Shown here in pieces: positions 9,984-21,474 of a DNA stretch of 64,000 nucleotides. The number at the start of each line of letters is the position of its first letter. Position 1 is the stretch's first letter. A program made the translations under genes and the position numbers. Source of the DNA: Acidobacteriota bacterium (GTDB lineage: Bacteria; Acidobacteriota; UBA6911; RPQK01; JAJDTT01); contig OZ253580.1 of the NCBI GenBank assembly GCA_965263035.1, positions 288,001 through 352,000 of the forward strand, read 5' to 3'. The notes beneath the pieces are model-generated. The model was not told where the DNA came from. It saw only the letters and a program-made list of their open reading frames with translations, and ran no database searches.

Positions 9984-10774
9984 CCTCTTCGCAAGCCGAA
10001 ATTCTGCGCCAGATCGCCGCCAATCGTAGTCCGGAAAGCTACGTTGCGGGCGCTACGGTCCTCCATCGAGATGCCGATTCGCCACGTTTCTCGGAAGATA
10101 TCGATCTATTCCACGACTTGGAAGACAGCATCGCCCAGAGCGCGGCGGCGGATGCTAAATCGCTTCGGCATGCTGGATACGCGTTCTCATGGATACTGCG
10201 CACCCCGACGTTCCAACGAGTTGTTGTAGAAATTGCGGATCAGCATCTGAAAATGGAATGGGCCTACGACAGCGCCTTCCGCTTTTTTCCGGTCCAAAAG
10301 GACGACCTCTGCGGTTATCGGCTACACGACGCCGACGCTGCGACCAACAAGGTCCTGGCCTTGGCGGGACGCAGTGAGATCCGTGACTTCGTGGATGTGT
10401 TGCACCTGCACGACACGTATCTTTCGCTCGGCGGTCTGGTATGGGCGGCCAGCGGCAAAGACCCCGGCTATACCCCGGAGTTTCTGCTGGATCAGATGGG
10501 ACGGCATGCCGCGTATCGACAGGTGGATCTCGATCGTCTCAGTTTGAGGGAACCGCTTGATCTCAGGATGCTTAAGCTGCGCTGGATTGTGGCGGTCGAT
10601 GCGGCCGCAGCGACCGTGAGCAAGCTCCCTCCTGAAGAGGTGGGCTGTCTCTATCTCGGACCGGATCTACGGCCTCGGACGCCTGATCCGAACTCGCCCG
10701 ACTTTCCCCGGCTGACACGCCACTACGGCCGCGTTCGCGGGGCTTGGCCGACCCTTTCGCCGTACCAAGGGTGA
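9974..10774 (+). CDS. AbiEii/AbiGii-like nucleotidyltransferase (type IV TA toxin-like)
   Basis: YVAGATVL, RFSEDIDLF, NKVLALAGR..RDFVD match the AbiEii NTase motifs. Confidence 0.75.
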   Translation: MPLTSSQAEILRQIAANRSPESYVAGATVLHRDADSPRFSEDIDLFHDLEDSIAQSAAADAKSLRHAGYAFSWILRTPTFQRVVVEIADQHLKMEWAYDSAFRFFPVQKDDLCGYRLHDADAATNKVLALAGRSEIRDFVDVLHLHDTYLSLGGLVWAASGKDPGYTPEFLLDQMGRHAAYRQVDLDRLSLREPLDLRMLKLRWIVAVDAAAATVSKLPPEEVGCLYLGPDLRPRTPDPNSPDFPRLTRHYGRVRGAWPTLSPYQG

Positions 10775-10793
10775 TGGCTCCCTTCGGAGGTAA

Positions 10794-10820
10794 GAGGACA
10801 CCCACAAGGGATGCCGCTAC
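10794..10820 (-). repeat. GTAG-type REP palindrome
   Basis: Minus strand reads GTAGcggcatcccttgtgggtgtcctc; related copy at 13923-13949 and a partial tail at 55077-55087. Confidence 0.6.
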
Positions 10821-10902
10821 GGATATCCGGGATTGTCCGACGTGATGCCTGCTGGTCCAAGGATTGAGGCTGGGCCGAAATCCACTGAAAAAGCCACCCC
10901 GC

Positions 10903-11748
10903 CTACCTCCTGAACCGGACGTTCAGCGTCAGCTCGCTGGCGACGATTTCCCCCTTGGAGATGGCCGGCAGGAAGCGCCACGAGTTCCGGATCGTATCGA
11001 GGGCCATCTGGTCCAGCTTCTCGTCGATGCCCTCGACCACTTCCAGATCATAGACACCTCCCCAGGGACTGACCATGATGCTTACGACCACCACCACTGG
11101 ATCTTTCAGGTGGGCGGCATGGCTGGGCAGTTGCGGTTCGGAGCCCTCCGCCAGAACGGTCGGAATGACCTCGGAGTCTGGAAAGTATCCGCGGAGCCGG
11201 GCGCCCACCTCCGACGCCTTGTGAAGAACGCCATACCCGCGGTTGAACCCGACGTCCCGCACCATGGCGGCCGAATTGGCCGCCTCCAGATCCAACTCGG
11301 ACACCATGGCGGCCAACTGGTCGAACTGTTCCTCGTTCAGGGGCTCCAGTTCCAGAATGCGCCCGCCCACCTTGAGGTAGCACTCTTCGGGAGGTGTCGC
11401 GAACTGATACCGCCCCGCGATGTTGTATCCCAGGAAGGAGCGGGGCTTGATCAGACCGCTCACCTGGTAGGCCTCTCTCGGGCTGGGCGGATCCTCCCGG
11501 ACGATCAGGTGTCCCCGGCCGGTTCGGCCACCGGCGTCCACCAGCACCAACTCGTGAGCCCGCACCGCTTCGAAGCTGTCTCCCAGGTTGATGAAATTGA
11601 GAATCGCCATCCCGGGGTCCAGCAACTCCACCGTCACGACACGTTGATCGGACAGATAGAGGAAGTATCGGGACCCCTCTGCAGCGATGGAACCTCCGGC
11701 GAGGGCCCAGACCATCAGTCCCAGAAACATTCCCGGCCTCTTCCACAT
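10903..11748 (-). CDS. Exported protein with a C-terminal TonB-like domain
   Basis: Signal peptide; C-terminus VVVSIMVSPWGGVYDLEVVEG..LDQMALDTIRNSWRFLPA...V....LNVRF resembles TonB_C. Confidence 0.7.
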   Translation of the reverse strand: MWKRPGMFLGLMVWALAGGSIAAEGSRYFLYLSDQRVVTVELLDPGMAILNFINLGDSFEAVRAHELVLVDAGGRTGRGHLIVREDPPSPREAYQVSGLIKPRSFLGYNIAGRYQFATPPEECYLKVGGRILELEPLNEEQFDQLAAMVSELDLEAANSAAMVRDVGFNRGYGVLHKASEVGARLRGYFPDSEVIPTVLAEGSEPQLPSHAAHLKDPVVVVVSIMVSPWGGVYDLEVVEGIDEKLDQMALDTIRNSWRFLPAISKGEIVASELTLNVRFRR

Positions 11749-11857
11749 ATGCCAGCTCTCCCTGATCCGGAATTCTAACCGGTAACCAAATCTCGCTGTC
11801 CCTGAACCCAATTCGCGGCCCCCTAGTCTAGATAGATGGAATCAGGAAGACGAAAGG

Positions 11858-13738
11858 TTGCGACAAATCTCGGGCACTCCAATTCCACTCCTTATCGCCA
11901 CTCTGCTCCTGACTTCCGCCTCCTGGGCATCCGAATCCACCGGGGAGCAACTGCTGTCGGTGGCGCCGGGTGGAACTCTCCAGGTCCACAACGACTTCGG
12001 GCGGACGTTCATCCGAGGATGGGACGGCGACCGGGTCAAGCTCCAGTTTCGGAAGATGGCTTCCGATCCGAATCGTTTGGACAAGATCACCCTCAAGACC
12101 CGGGAAGGCCCGGAACAGACCCGGATCTCGGTTCGATTTGACGATCACGTGTCCGAATCCGCCTACCTGGAGATTCATGCTCCACGCTCGCTCGGCATCC
12201 TGGTGTGGGGAACCCATAGTGCCATCGAACTCCACGGGTTGGAAGGTCCGGTGCAGGCCTGGACACTCTCCGGACTGCTGACCTCGGAGGACGTGACCTC
12301 TTCCGTATCTCTTCGCAGCCAGAGCGGCGACATCCTCTTTCGGACCCGAACCCAACCCCACGGCGACATCCGTCTGGAGTCGTTCGGGGGAAAAATTACC
12401 TGCCAACTGAGCCCGGATCTCGATCTCCGTGGATGGATCCGAGCCGGTGGCACCCTCTCCTGGAACGGGGAACTGGAGCTGCGGAACGGATCGCTGCAGA
12501 GGAACCTGGGGGTCGGAGGACCGCTTCTCTACGCCAGCAGTCTCAGCGGCAACGTGCTCTGTAAAATCTTCCGGCCCGACGGCATTCGTTCGCGGCCGGA
12601 AAGAGTCGACCGGGTGCCGGTCGAACGAGTGCTGCCCCCGGCCGGAGTCCAACCTATTTCCCATGTCCCGGAGGCGAAACAGGAACCGGACGTTCCGCCG
12701 CCGGTTCCGGAGAACGCGCCGACCCGCGTATTTTCCGAGAATGAGCGATCCGGCGGCCCGGAATCCGATCCGAAACCGGCTTCCGGTCCCGGGTACGCTC
12801 TCAAGGTCCTGGTGAACTGGGTCAACCTGAACGTCTCCGTTCGGGACCCGAGGAACAACCGGAGCGTCTCGAACCTGACCCGGGACGACTTCCTGGTCTA
12901 CGAGGATGACGTGCTCCAGACCGTCGAGAAGTTCGAACCCACCGAGGCTCCGTTTCGGGTGCTTCTGCTGCTGGACGTGAGCGGTAGCACCCGGCCCCAT
13001 CTGGACCTGCTCCGAAGGGCCTCGGCCGATTTCTCCCGCGAGATCAAGACCAACGACCAGATCGCGGTGGCCACCTTCAACTCCCGAAGTTGGCTGATTC
13101 TTCCCTTCACCAGCGATCGCGAGAAGGTCCGTACCGCCATCGACGGGATCTACTCCGGCGGCGGGACGGCGCTTTATGACGCCCTCATGGACTCGCTGAA
13201 CGAGTACTCGGACGAAAGCCACGCCCGCCAGGCAATCGTGGTCTTTACCGACGGCGTCGACAACCAGCTCACCGGAAACCACACCGAGGGTTCCCGCACC
13301 ACGTTCCCGCAATTGTTCGGAGAGATCCGGGATTCGGATTCCCTGATCTACCCCATCTTCCTGGACCACCGGAACAATGTGGGCCGAAGGCCGCGCGGAA
13401 TGGCGGGGGTCCTGCTCCAGAAGATTCCACGGGGCAGGCGTCCAGCCATCTCCATCAAGCAACAGGACCGGAACGTCTACCGCCAGGCACGAAGACAGCT
13501 GACGAGCATCGCCGACCAGACCGGCGCCCGATTCTACTCGCCCCGCCGGATCCAGGAGCTGTCTCCCATCTTTTCAGAGATCGCACACGATCTCCGGGTG
13601 CGCTATCTGCTGGCCTACACGGTCCCCCAGCCGCAACGGAACCGGTCCTGGCGCTCCATCCGGGTCGAGATCCGGGATCGTCCGGACCTGGTGACCCGCA
13701 CGCGACAAGGCTACTACTCAGGTTCGGGCTCGAACTGA
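11858..13738 (+). CDS. Secreted VWA-domain protein with N-terminal DUF4097-like beta repeats
   Basis: Signal peptide, adhesin-like beta repeats, Pro-rich linker, MIDAS DVSGS, GGTALYDA, FTDGVD; acidobacterial VWFA-related architecture. Confidence 0.85.
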   Translation: MRQISGTPIPLLIATLLLTSASWASESTGEQLLSVAPGGTLQVHNDFGRTFIRGWDGDRVKLQFRKMASDPNRLDKITLKTREGPEQTRISVRFDDHVSESAYLEIHAPRSLGILVWGTHSAIELHGLEGPVQAWTLSGLLTSEDVTSSVSLRSQSGDILFRTRTQPHGDIRLESFGGKITCQLSPDLDLRGWIRAGGTLSWNGELELRNGSLQRNLGVGGPLLYASSLSGNVLCKIFRPDGIRSRPERVDRVPVERVLPPAGVQPISHVPEAKQEPDVPPPVPENAPTRVFSENERSGGPESDPKPASGPGYALKVLVNWVNLNVSVRDPRNNRSVSNLTRDDFLVYEDDVLQTVEKFEPTEAPFRVLLLLDVSGSTRPHLDLLRRASADFSREIKTNDQIAVATFNSRSWLILPFTSDREKVRTAIDGIYSGGGTALYDALMDSLNEYSDESHARQAIVVFTDGVDNQLTGNHTEGSRTTFPQLFGEIRDSDSLIYPIFLDHRNNVGRRPRGMAGVLLQKIPRGRRPAISIKQQDRNVYRQARRQLTSIADQTGARFYSPRRIQELSPIFSEIAHDLRVRYLLAYTVPQPQRNRSWRSIRVEIRDRPDLVTRTRQGYYSGSGSN

Positions 13739-13922
13739 AGACCCTTGGTAGCAATCCCGGGTAGCGTCGGGCCGACGCGGCCGTTTATCTTTCGTCTGGA
13801 AGACGCGACGCCTGCGGTCGCCCCCGGGGGCGCCGCGAACGCTATCACCCGATCAAGCCGCCGATACTGGCACACGGGGTCCGGGCGCGGACTTCGGTGA
13901 GTCGCGAATGTTCGGAGATAAA

Positions 13923-14104
13923 GAGGGCACCCACGAGGGGTGCCCCTGCGGATTGCGGATGCGACCCGTCGTGATGGGTGATCGAAGAATTCGGCGGCAA
14001 TCGCGGAGGAATCGCCCGTGGATCAATGACAAAAGACAGGTGCAGGGGCTTTTCAGCCCTCGATTTCGGGGGGATCGGAGGGGGGGCAAGACTGTCCCCC
14101 CTCC
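13923..14104. repeat. Composite intergenic palindromes (GTAG-type REP plus a G/C hairpin)
   Basis: gagggcacccacgaggggtgcccctgc and ggagggggggcaagactgtcccccctcc between convergent genes. Confidence 0.55.
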
Positions 14105-14119
14105 AATTGTGCGGCGCCG

Positions 14120-15037
14120 TCAGGCGGCCGGTACCGTGAGATAGCCGGCGACCTGATTCCGGACGATACGCGTGATCACCACTTCGTAGGGCTTTTCGAC
14201 CCCCTCCACGAAGAAATAGACGGGCTCGTTGGCGTATTGGTGCTTCTTCCGGATCCGATTTCGTCCCACGTAGATGTCCAGATCGAACCGCTGCTTCCTG
14301 GCATTGGCGTCCCGCAGATTCAGGTGAACGTCGAAGACCTTGATGAACCCTCCCTTTTCCTGCAGCTCGAACTCGATCCTTTCCCGCTCCAGCGACCGGG
14401 AGAGCTGTGACAAGCGCTCGCCGGTGGCGTCCAGATCGCGGTCCAAACGGTCCAGCCTCCGCTTCGAATTGGCCAGGCCGGCCCGGTTGACGCCGGTGAT
14501 CTCCTTCAGATTGGTCAGACCGGACGAGACCTTGTCCACCTTCTTCCGGATGCCTTGGTTCTCTTTCCGGATCCCCTCGTTTTCCCCTTGGAGCTTCGTG
14601 ATCTCCTCCCGGTCCGCCTTGTTCACGGTCAGCGACTTCAGGCCCAGAGTCTGCTGCTCCTGCTCCGACTTCAGTCCCTGGAACAGATTCCGGTACTGAC
14701 TCAGTTCCTTATCCTGGGATTGGATGTGGCTCCCGCGCGTGGCGGCTCCCTCCTCCAGCGTTCGAATCTTTTCGCCGGAGCTCTCCAGGGTTCGTTTCAT
14801 CTGATCCAAGCGCATCTCGCTCTCGGTCAGGTCCCGGTTGAGACGCTGCATCTCCTGCTGCGTGTCCCAGAAGACGTACGCCCCCAGGCCCAGGCCAACG
14901 CCGACCATCATCCAGATCACCGCTCCGGCCAGGCGATCCGTCCGGGGTCGAGACGGAACCGGCTCCCGGTCGGGGTCTCCGCCCACCGCCGCCAGCAACG
15001 GATCCGCAAACTGTTTCCTATCATCCCATTTATCCAT
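14120..15037 (-). CDS. Membrane-anchored coiled-coil hypothetical protein
   Basis: One TM helix, long heptad-rich region, beta-rich C-terminal domain; GGAGG RBS. Confidence 0.75.
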   Translation of the reverse strand: MDKWDDRKQFADPLLAAVGGDPDREPVPSRPRTDRLAGAVIWMMVGVGLGLGAYVFWDTQQEMQRLNRDLTESEMRLDQMKRTLESSGEKIRTLEEGAATRGSHIQSQDKELSQYRNLFQGLKSEQEQQTLGLKSLTVNKADREEITKLQGENEGIRKENQGIRKKVDKVSSGLTNLKEITGVNRAGLANSKRRLDRLDRDLDATGERLSQLSRSLERERIEFELQEKGGFIKVFDVHLNLRDANARKQRFDLDIYVGRNRIRKKHQYANEPVYFFVEGVEKPYEVVITRIVRNQVAGYLTVPAA

Positions 15038-15247
15038 TTCGATCCTCCGTGAATACTGGTTGAGACCTCATCAGATCGACCTCGATCTGCATGTTTGGAT
15101 AGACGACGGCCGGTTCCGGAAGGTTCAGACGCGTGGAAATCGCCGTGTGCTCCTGTCTATATCCGAAAAGAGAGACGCCGGCGGGTTCGGATCGCGCGGC
15201 GACTCTCACGCCCGAATGACACCGACTTGTATAGAATAGATTCCCTG

Positions 15248-15663
15248 ATGTCGCGTGCCGCCGGAGTGATGATTCTCATGGGATTGGCCCTGCCCGGCTT
15301 CATCTTCTACAGCATCTTTTTCGCAGGACCGTCCACCCCCGGAATGTCGGAGGCGGTGGAAATCACCGAGCAGTTCGACCATCTGGCGGGCGGGGATTTC
15401 CGGGTCCTCAGCGTCCATTCCGCCGGTCCCACCGTCCAGGCCAGGATCGTGCTGGAGCCGTCCGCCGCCGATAACGGCGACATGCACCTGCGGGGCTTGA
15501 ACGCCCAGTACGACTTCCAGGCGGTTCTGGGCCGAGACCAGGATCTGGGGGTCGTGGTAGGTGAGACCGACGAAGCGGGAGTCTTCAGGCCCTTGGGCGT
15601 GATCTTCTATTCCGCGGCGACGGAGCAGTCCCACTTTCGCCGTGTCGCCGCCGGGCTCTCCGA

Positions 15664-15667
<4 letters not shown>
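15248..15667 (+). CDS. Membrane-anchored hypothetical protein
   Basis: ATG at 15248, N-terminal TM helix, stop overlaps the gcvT start (ATGA). Confidence 0.65.
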
Positions 15668-16746
<1,079 letters not shown>

Positions 16747-16845
16747 TCGATGTTGAATCCTCGGTCCCGGTTGGGTAAATAGGGAACGCCCCGAGGCGGG
16801 GAGGGCGCCCGGCGGGTCGGGTCCCAAAACCAGAGGGAGGCGAGG

Positions 16846-17241
16846 ATGACAATCCCGGAAGGGCTTCGATACACCAGAGAACATGAATGGGTCGAAATCC
16901 TGGATGAGAGCCGGGGCCGCGTCGGCATCACGCACCACGCCCAGGACGAACTGGGTGACGTGGTCTTCGTCGAACTTCCAGGCGTGGGAGACGAATTGGG
17001 CGGCGAGGATGTCTTCGGCACCGTGGAATCGGTCAAGGCCGTCTCCGATCTCTACAGCCCCGTCACCGGCAAGGTCATTCAGGTCAACGAGTCCTTGGAG
17101 GAGCAGCCGGAACTGGTCAACGAAGACCCCTACGGTCAAGGCTGGATGATCCAGGTGGAACTCGGCGACCTTGCTGAGCTGGATGGACTCATGTCCGCCG
17201 AGCAGTACGCCGCATACCTGGCTGAGGAATCCGGGCACTGA
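16846..17241 (+). CDS. gcvH: Glycine cleavage system H protein
   Basis: HEWV, GITHHAQDELGDVVFVELP, VESVKA lipoyl-lysine motif. Confidence 0.98.
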   Translation: MTIPEGLRYTREHEWVEILDESRGRVGITHHAQDELGDVVFVELPGVGDELGGEDVFGTVESVKAVSDLYSPVTGKVIQVNESLEEQPELVNEDPYGQGWMIQVELGDLAELDGLMSAEQYAAYLAEESGH

Positions 17242-17253
17242 TCCGGTTGGCCC

Positions 17254-18591
17254 ATGCGCTACATTTCCCTGACTCCGGAAGAAAGACAAATCATGCTCCA
17301 GGCCATCGGCGTGGAGAAGACGGACGACCTTTTCGAGTCCATTCCGGAGGGGGTTCGGTTGGGCCGTCCGCTGAACCTGGCGGAGCCTCTGTCCGAATCG
17401 TCGCTTCTGGCCGACTTCAAGGCCATGGCGCGAAAGAACGCCTGCGGCGAGGATTTCGCCTACTTTCTGGGCGCCGGCGCGCACCACCATTTCATCCCCT
17501 CCGTGATCGACACGCTGGTCTCGCGCTCCGAGTACTTCACGGCCTATACGCCCTACCAGCCGGAAGTCAGTCAGGGAACCCTCCAGGCCATCTTCGAATA
17601 CCAGACCCTCATCGCTCAGCTCACGGGGATGGAAGTGGCCAACGCCAGCCTCTACGACGGGGCCAGCGCCTTGGCCGAAGCGGTCATGATGGCGGCCCGG
17701 GTGACCCGCCGGACGCGGATCCTGGTTCCGGAGGCGCTCCATCCGAACTACCGGAGGGTCCTCGGCACCTATACGGGAAATCACCTCTCCGTGACCTCCG
17801 TCCCTGCCACCTCCGCCGGCTCCATGGATCCGGAGGTCGTGGACGCCCTCCTGGATGACCAGACGGCGGCCGTGGTGGTCCAGTCTCCCAACTTCTTCGG
17901 CGTCGTGGAGGAGATGGAAGAGTTGGGCCGGTTGGCTCACCGGCGCCGCGCTCTGCTGGTGGCCGTCACCACCGAGGCCCTCTCCCTCGGGCTGCTGAAG
18001 CCGCCGGGAGAGATGGGCGCCGACATCGTGGCCGGAGAGGGGCAGAGTCTGGGTCTTCCGCTGAGCTTCGGCGGGCCCTATCTCGGGCTGTTCGCCACCC
18101 GCGACCGCTACAAGCGGCAGCTGCCGGGCCGCCTCGTGGGCCAGACCGTGGACCGGAAAGATCGACGCGGTTTCGTCCTGACCCTCTCCACCCGGGAGCA
18201 GCACATCCGCCGCGAGAAGGCCACCTCGAACATCTGCACCAATCAGGGCCTCTGCGCCCTGGCCGTGGCCATCTTCCTGTCCACTCTGGGCAAGAACGGC
18301 ATTCGGGAACTGGCCGAACAGAACCTGAAGAAGGCCCATTACCTCAGGCGGAGGTTGGCCGACCGCCTCGTCTTCTCGGGTCCCGTCTTCAATGAAATGG
18401 TGCTGCGTGTGGACGATCCTGAGGGACTGAACCAGGAGCTTTACCGGGAAGGCATCATCGGGGGGCTGCCCCTGGGAACCTGGTTCCCCTCGCGCCGGGA
18501 CCAGCTGCTGGTCTGCGTCACCGACCAGAACACTCGCCGCCAGATCGACCGCTTCATCCACGTCCTGCAGCAAAGCCGGGTGACCGTATGA
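17254..18591 (+). CDS. gcvPA: Glycine dehydrogenase subunit 1
   Basis: YTPYQPEVSQG, NASLYDGASA, REQHIRREKATSNICTNQ. Confidence 0.97.
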   Translation: MRYISLTPEERQIMLQAIGVEKTDDLFESIPEGVRLGRPLNLAEPLSESSLLADFKAMARKNACGEDFAYFLGAGAHHHFIPSVIDTLVSRSEYFTAYTPYQPEVSQGTLQAIFEYQTLIAQLTGMEVANASLYDGASALAEAVMMAARVTRRTRILVPEALHPNYRRVLGTYTGNHLSVTSVPATSAGSMDPEVVDALLDDQTAAVVVQSPNFFGVVEEMEELGRLAHRRRALLVAVTTEALSLGLLKPPGEMGADIVAGEGQSLGLPLSFGGPYLGLFATRDRYKRQLPGRLVGQTVDRKDRRGFVLTLSTREQHIRREKATSNICTNQGLCALAVAIFLSTLGKNGIRELAEQNLKKAHYLRRRLADRLVFSGPVFNEMVLRVDDPEGLNQELYREGIIGGLPLGTWFPSRRDQLLVCVTDQNTRRQIDRFIHVLQQSRVTV

Positions 18592-20072
18592 GTCGAACCA
18601 GTCCGGTATACAACCTCAACGAGCCTCTCATCTTCGAACAGTCCTCCCCGGGCAAGTCCGCCTACAGTCTTCCTCCCCTGGACGTGGAGGACACGCCCAT
18701 CGAGGAAATTCTGGACCCGGGGCTGACCCGGGAGGAGGTTGCGGGCTTCCCGGAAGTGAGCGAGGTGGAGATCATCCGGCACTACACCCGCATGTCGACC
18801 TGGAACTATCACATCGACCTGGGGATGTATCCCCTGGGCTCCTGCACCATGAAGTACAACCCCCGGCTCAACGAGCGGACCGCTCGCATGCCGCGGATCG
18901 CCATGGTGCATCCCATGCAGGAGGACGCCCTGTCTCAGGGCAACCTGGAGCTCATCCACCGGCTCCAGGAGTGCCTGCAGGAACTCACCGGCCTGGACGC
19001 CGCCACCCTCCAGCCGGCGGCCGGGTCCCAGGGAGAAATGGTGGGGATCCTCATGGTGCGGTCACACCATGCGGCGCAAAAAAGACCTCGGCGCTACGTC
19101 CTGATCCCCGACTCGGCACACGGCACCAACCCGGCCAGCGCCGCCATCGCCGGGTACCAGGTGGTCTCGATTCCCTCCGATTCCTCCGGCAGGATCGACA
19201 CCCGGATCCTGCGGGAGCGCATGAACGAAGACGTGGCCTGCCTGATGTTGACCAATCCCAACACGCTGGGGATCTTCGAGAGCCAGATCGAGGAGATCAG
19301 CCGGATCGTCCACGGTCAGGGCGGGCTCATCTACATGGACGGGGCCAACTTCAACGCCCTCATGGGCTACGCGCGTCCGGGCGACATGGGGATCGACGTG
19401 CTCCACCTCAATCTGCACAAGACCTTCTCGACCCCCCACGGCGGCGGTGGACCCGGCTGCGGAGTGGTGGCCTGCCGTGAACTCCTGGCCCCCTATCTCC
19501 CCTCTCCCGTCATCGAAGCGTGCGGAGACGGTTTCCGGACCAACTCGGACCGGCCCCACTCCATCGGTCCGGTCCACGCCTTCTACGGCAACTTCGGCAT
19601 GATGGTGCGGGCTCTGACCTACATTCTCACCTGCGGCGGGAGCGGACTGAAGCAGCTCACCGAAACCGCCGTCCTCAACGCCAACTACATCCGCGTCCGG
19701 CTTCAGGAATACTTCCACCTTCCCTATCCGACCCCTTCCATGCACGAGGCGGTCTTCTCGGACAAGACCCTGGAGCCCTTCGGGGTCAAGACGCTGGACG
19801 TGGCCAAGCAGCTCATCGACGAGGGCTTCCATCCGCCGACGATCTACTTCCCTTTGATTGTCCGGGGTGCCATGATGATCGAGCCCACCGAAAGCGAGAG
19901 CAAGTCGGAACTTGACGCCTTCGTGGACGCCATGGTCCGGATCTACCATCGAGCCCGTGAGGGTGCCGAGTCCGCCCATGAGGCGCCCCGTCTGGCCAAA
20001 CGGACCCGGCTGGACGAGACCCGGGCCGCCCGCCGACCCGTGCTGAGGTGGAGTCCCGAGGAGGAAACCTGA
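18588..20072 (+). CDS. gcvPB: Glycine dehydrogenase subunit 2
   Basis: PLGSCTMKYNP, SAHGTNPASA, HLNLHKTFSTPHGGGGPG, MIEPTESE. Confidence 0.97.
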   Translation: MSRTSPVYNLNEPLIFEQSSPGKSAYSLPPLDVEDTPIEEILDPGLTREEVAGFPEVSEVEIIRHYTRMSTWNYHIDLGMYPLGSCTMKYNPRLNERTARMPRIAMVHPMQEDALSQGNLELIHRLQECLQELTGLDAATLQPAAGSQGEMVGILMVRSHHAAQKRPRRYVLIPDSAHGTNPASAAIAGYQVVSIPSDSSGRIDTRILRERMNEDVACLMLTNPNTLGIFESQIEEISRIVHGQGGLIYMDGANFNALMGYARPGDMGIDVLHLNLHKTFSTPHGGGGPGCGVVACRELLAPYLPSPVIEACGDGFRTNSDRPHSIGPVHAFYGNFGMMVRALTYILTCGGSGLKQLTETAVLNANYIRVRLQEYFHLPYPTPSMHEAVFSDKTLEPFGVKTLDVAKQLIDEGFHPPTIYFPLIVRGAMMIEPTESESKSELDAFVDAMVRIYHRAREGAESAHEAPRLAKRTRLDETRAARRPVLRWSPEEET

Positions 20073-20265
20073 CAGCCCGTGGTAAAGGTCGTCACGGCAT
20101 TCGACCGTCCCTGCATCGTGCGCGGACTGCGTTGCTATCGGCTCACATACTCCCCGTATGCTCCCTCATCGCGCCTGGTCCGGCGGGCGTAGGAACGGTC
20201 TCGGTGCTCGCGGGACTTTCACCACGGACTGTTAAGAGGAGGGCCGAGATCCGGAGGGTCTGGTC

Positions 20266-21261
20266 GTGAGGTTTCGGAGTGGAGTCGTCCTGTTCAGCGC
20301 CTGCTGCCTTCTGGCGATCCAATCCATCCGGTCCCAACCGTCCTCGGATTCCGTCCCCCCCGCATTTCGAGTCCGGGCCAGCTTCATCCGGGTTCCGGTC
20401 ACCGTCTTCGGGCCGACGGGGAAGCTCTTGACTCACCTGGAACGGGAACACTTCTCCCTGCTGGATGAGAACAGCCCCCGGGCCATCGAGAACTTCGTGC
20501 TGGACCAGGACCGCATCCACGTGGCTCTCCTGCTTGACGTGAGCGGCAGCGTCCGTAGCGAGTTGAAGCAGATCGCACAAGCGGCCCTCGACTTCGCCCG
20601 TGCCTTTCAGAAAAACGACCGGTTCTCCGTCATCACCTTTTCCGACAGCGTCCAGGTGCTCCAGGACTGGACTTCGAGCCTGAGGGCGATTCGCCGCGCC
20701 CTCAGGAAGCTGGAGCCGGGCTATCGGACCGCCATGTACGACGCTCTGTGGACCACCACCAACAAGCAACTGTCCCGGGTCAGCGGGAAGAAGGCCATCA
20801 TCCTGCTCACCGACGGCCTGGACAACGAGAGCAGTCAGAGCTACGACCAGATCGTCCAGCGCCTGATCGCTTCCAACGTCGCCCTCTACATCATCAGCAG
20901 GACGCGTCTGATCCGGGACGAAGTGGGCCGGAGCAATCGGGTGGAATTCCTGAACCGGGTGATGTCCGAGTTGGTGAACCCGGAGGAGGACTTCGTCGAA
21001 GCCTACTTCGAGCAGAAGGAGAAGGCCATGCTCCACCTGGCCGAGGCGACCGGGGGCCGGGCCCTCTTTCCCGAGAGGCTGGAGGAACTCACGGACAGGT
21101 ATTTGGAACTGGCCCGGGAGCTCAAGAGCCAGTACGTTCTCACCTTCCGCCCACCTCTCAGATCGGATCACAAGTTTCGGACCATCCGGGTCCAATGCAG
21201 CGAACCCACCGGCAAGATCCTCCACCGCCGCCAGTATTACTGGCCGAGTCCCCAGTTTTGA
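20266..21261 (+). CDS. Secreted VWA-domain protein (acidobacterial VWFA-related)
   Basis: Signal peptide, DVSGS MIDAS, TAMYDAL, LTDGLD, TGGRA, QYVLTF. Confidence 0.85.
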   Translation: MRFRSGVVLFSACCLLAIQSIRSQPSSDSVPPAFRVRASFIRVPVTVFGPTGKLLTHLEREHFSLLDENSPRAIENFVLDQDRIHVALLLDVSGSVRSELKQIAQAALDFARAFQKNDRFSVITFSDSVQVLQDWTSSLRAIRRALRKLEPGYRTAMYDALWTTTNKQLSRVSGKKAIILLTDGLDNESSQSYDQIVQRLIASNVALYIISRTRLIRDEVGRSNRVEFLNRVMSELVNPEEDFVEAYFEQKEKAMLHLAEATGGRALFPERLEELTDRYLELARELKSQYVLTFRPPLRSDHKFRTIRVQCSEPTGKILHRRQYYWPSPQF

Positions 21262-21266
21262 GGAAC

Positions 21267-21378
21267 GGAGCGGCGGTTTCCAACCGCCGATCTCCCAAGT
21301 GATCGAGGGGCGCAAGAATGCAGGGTGGAATGAGCCCGCGGGCCAACGCAGGAATGGGCGATTGGAAATCGCCCCTCC
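21267..21378. repeat. REP/REPIN-like element, subfamily A, copy 2
   Basis: ggagcggcggtttccaaccgccga ... gggcgattggaaatcgcccctcc as an inverted doublet. Confidence 0.8.
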
Positions 21379-21474
21379 TCGCAGTTTTCCCGCTCTTCGA
21401 CGTTAAAGAGTTTACTGGATGTTCCACTGGAAAAACTGGGCCGTTTCTGCCTCTTCAACCCCTGTCTCGTTCTG

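Noticed and set aside
15040-15247. Possible glycine riboswitch upstream of the gcv operon
   Set aside because: No recognisable aptamer motifs (GGAGA...CCGAAG...CTCTCAGG) in order, and another gene precedes gcvT.
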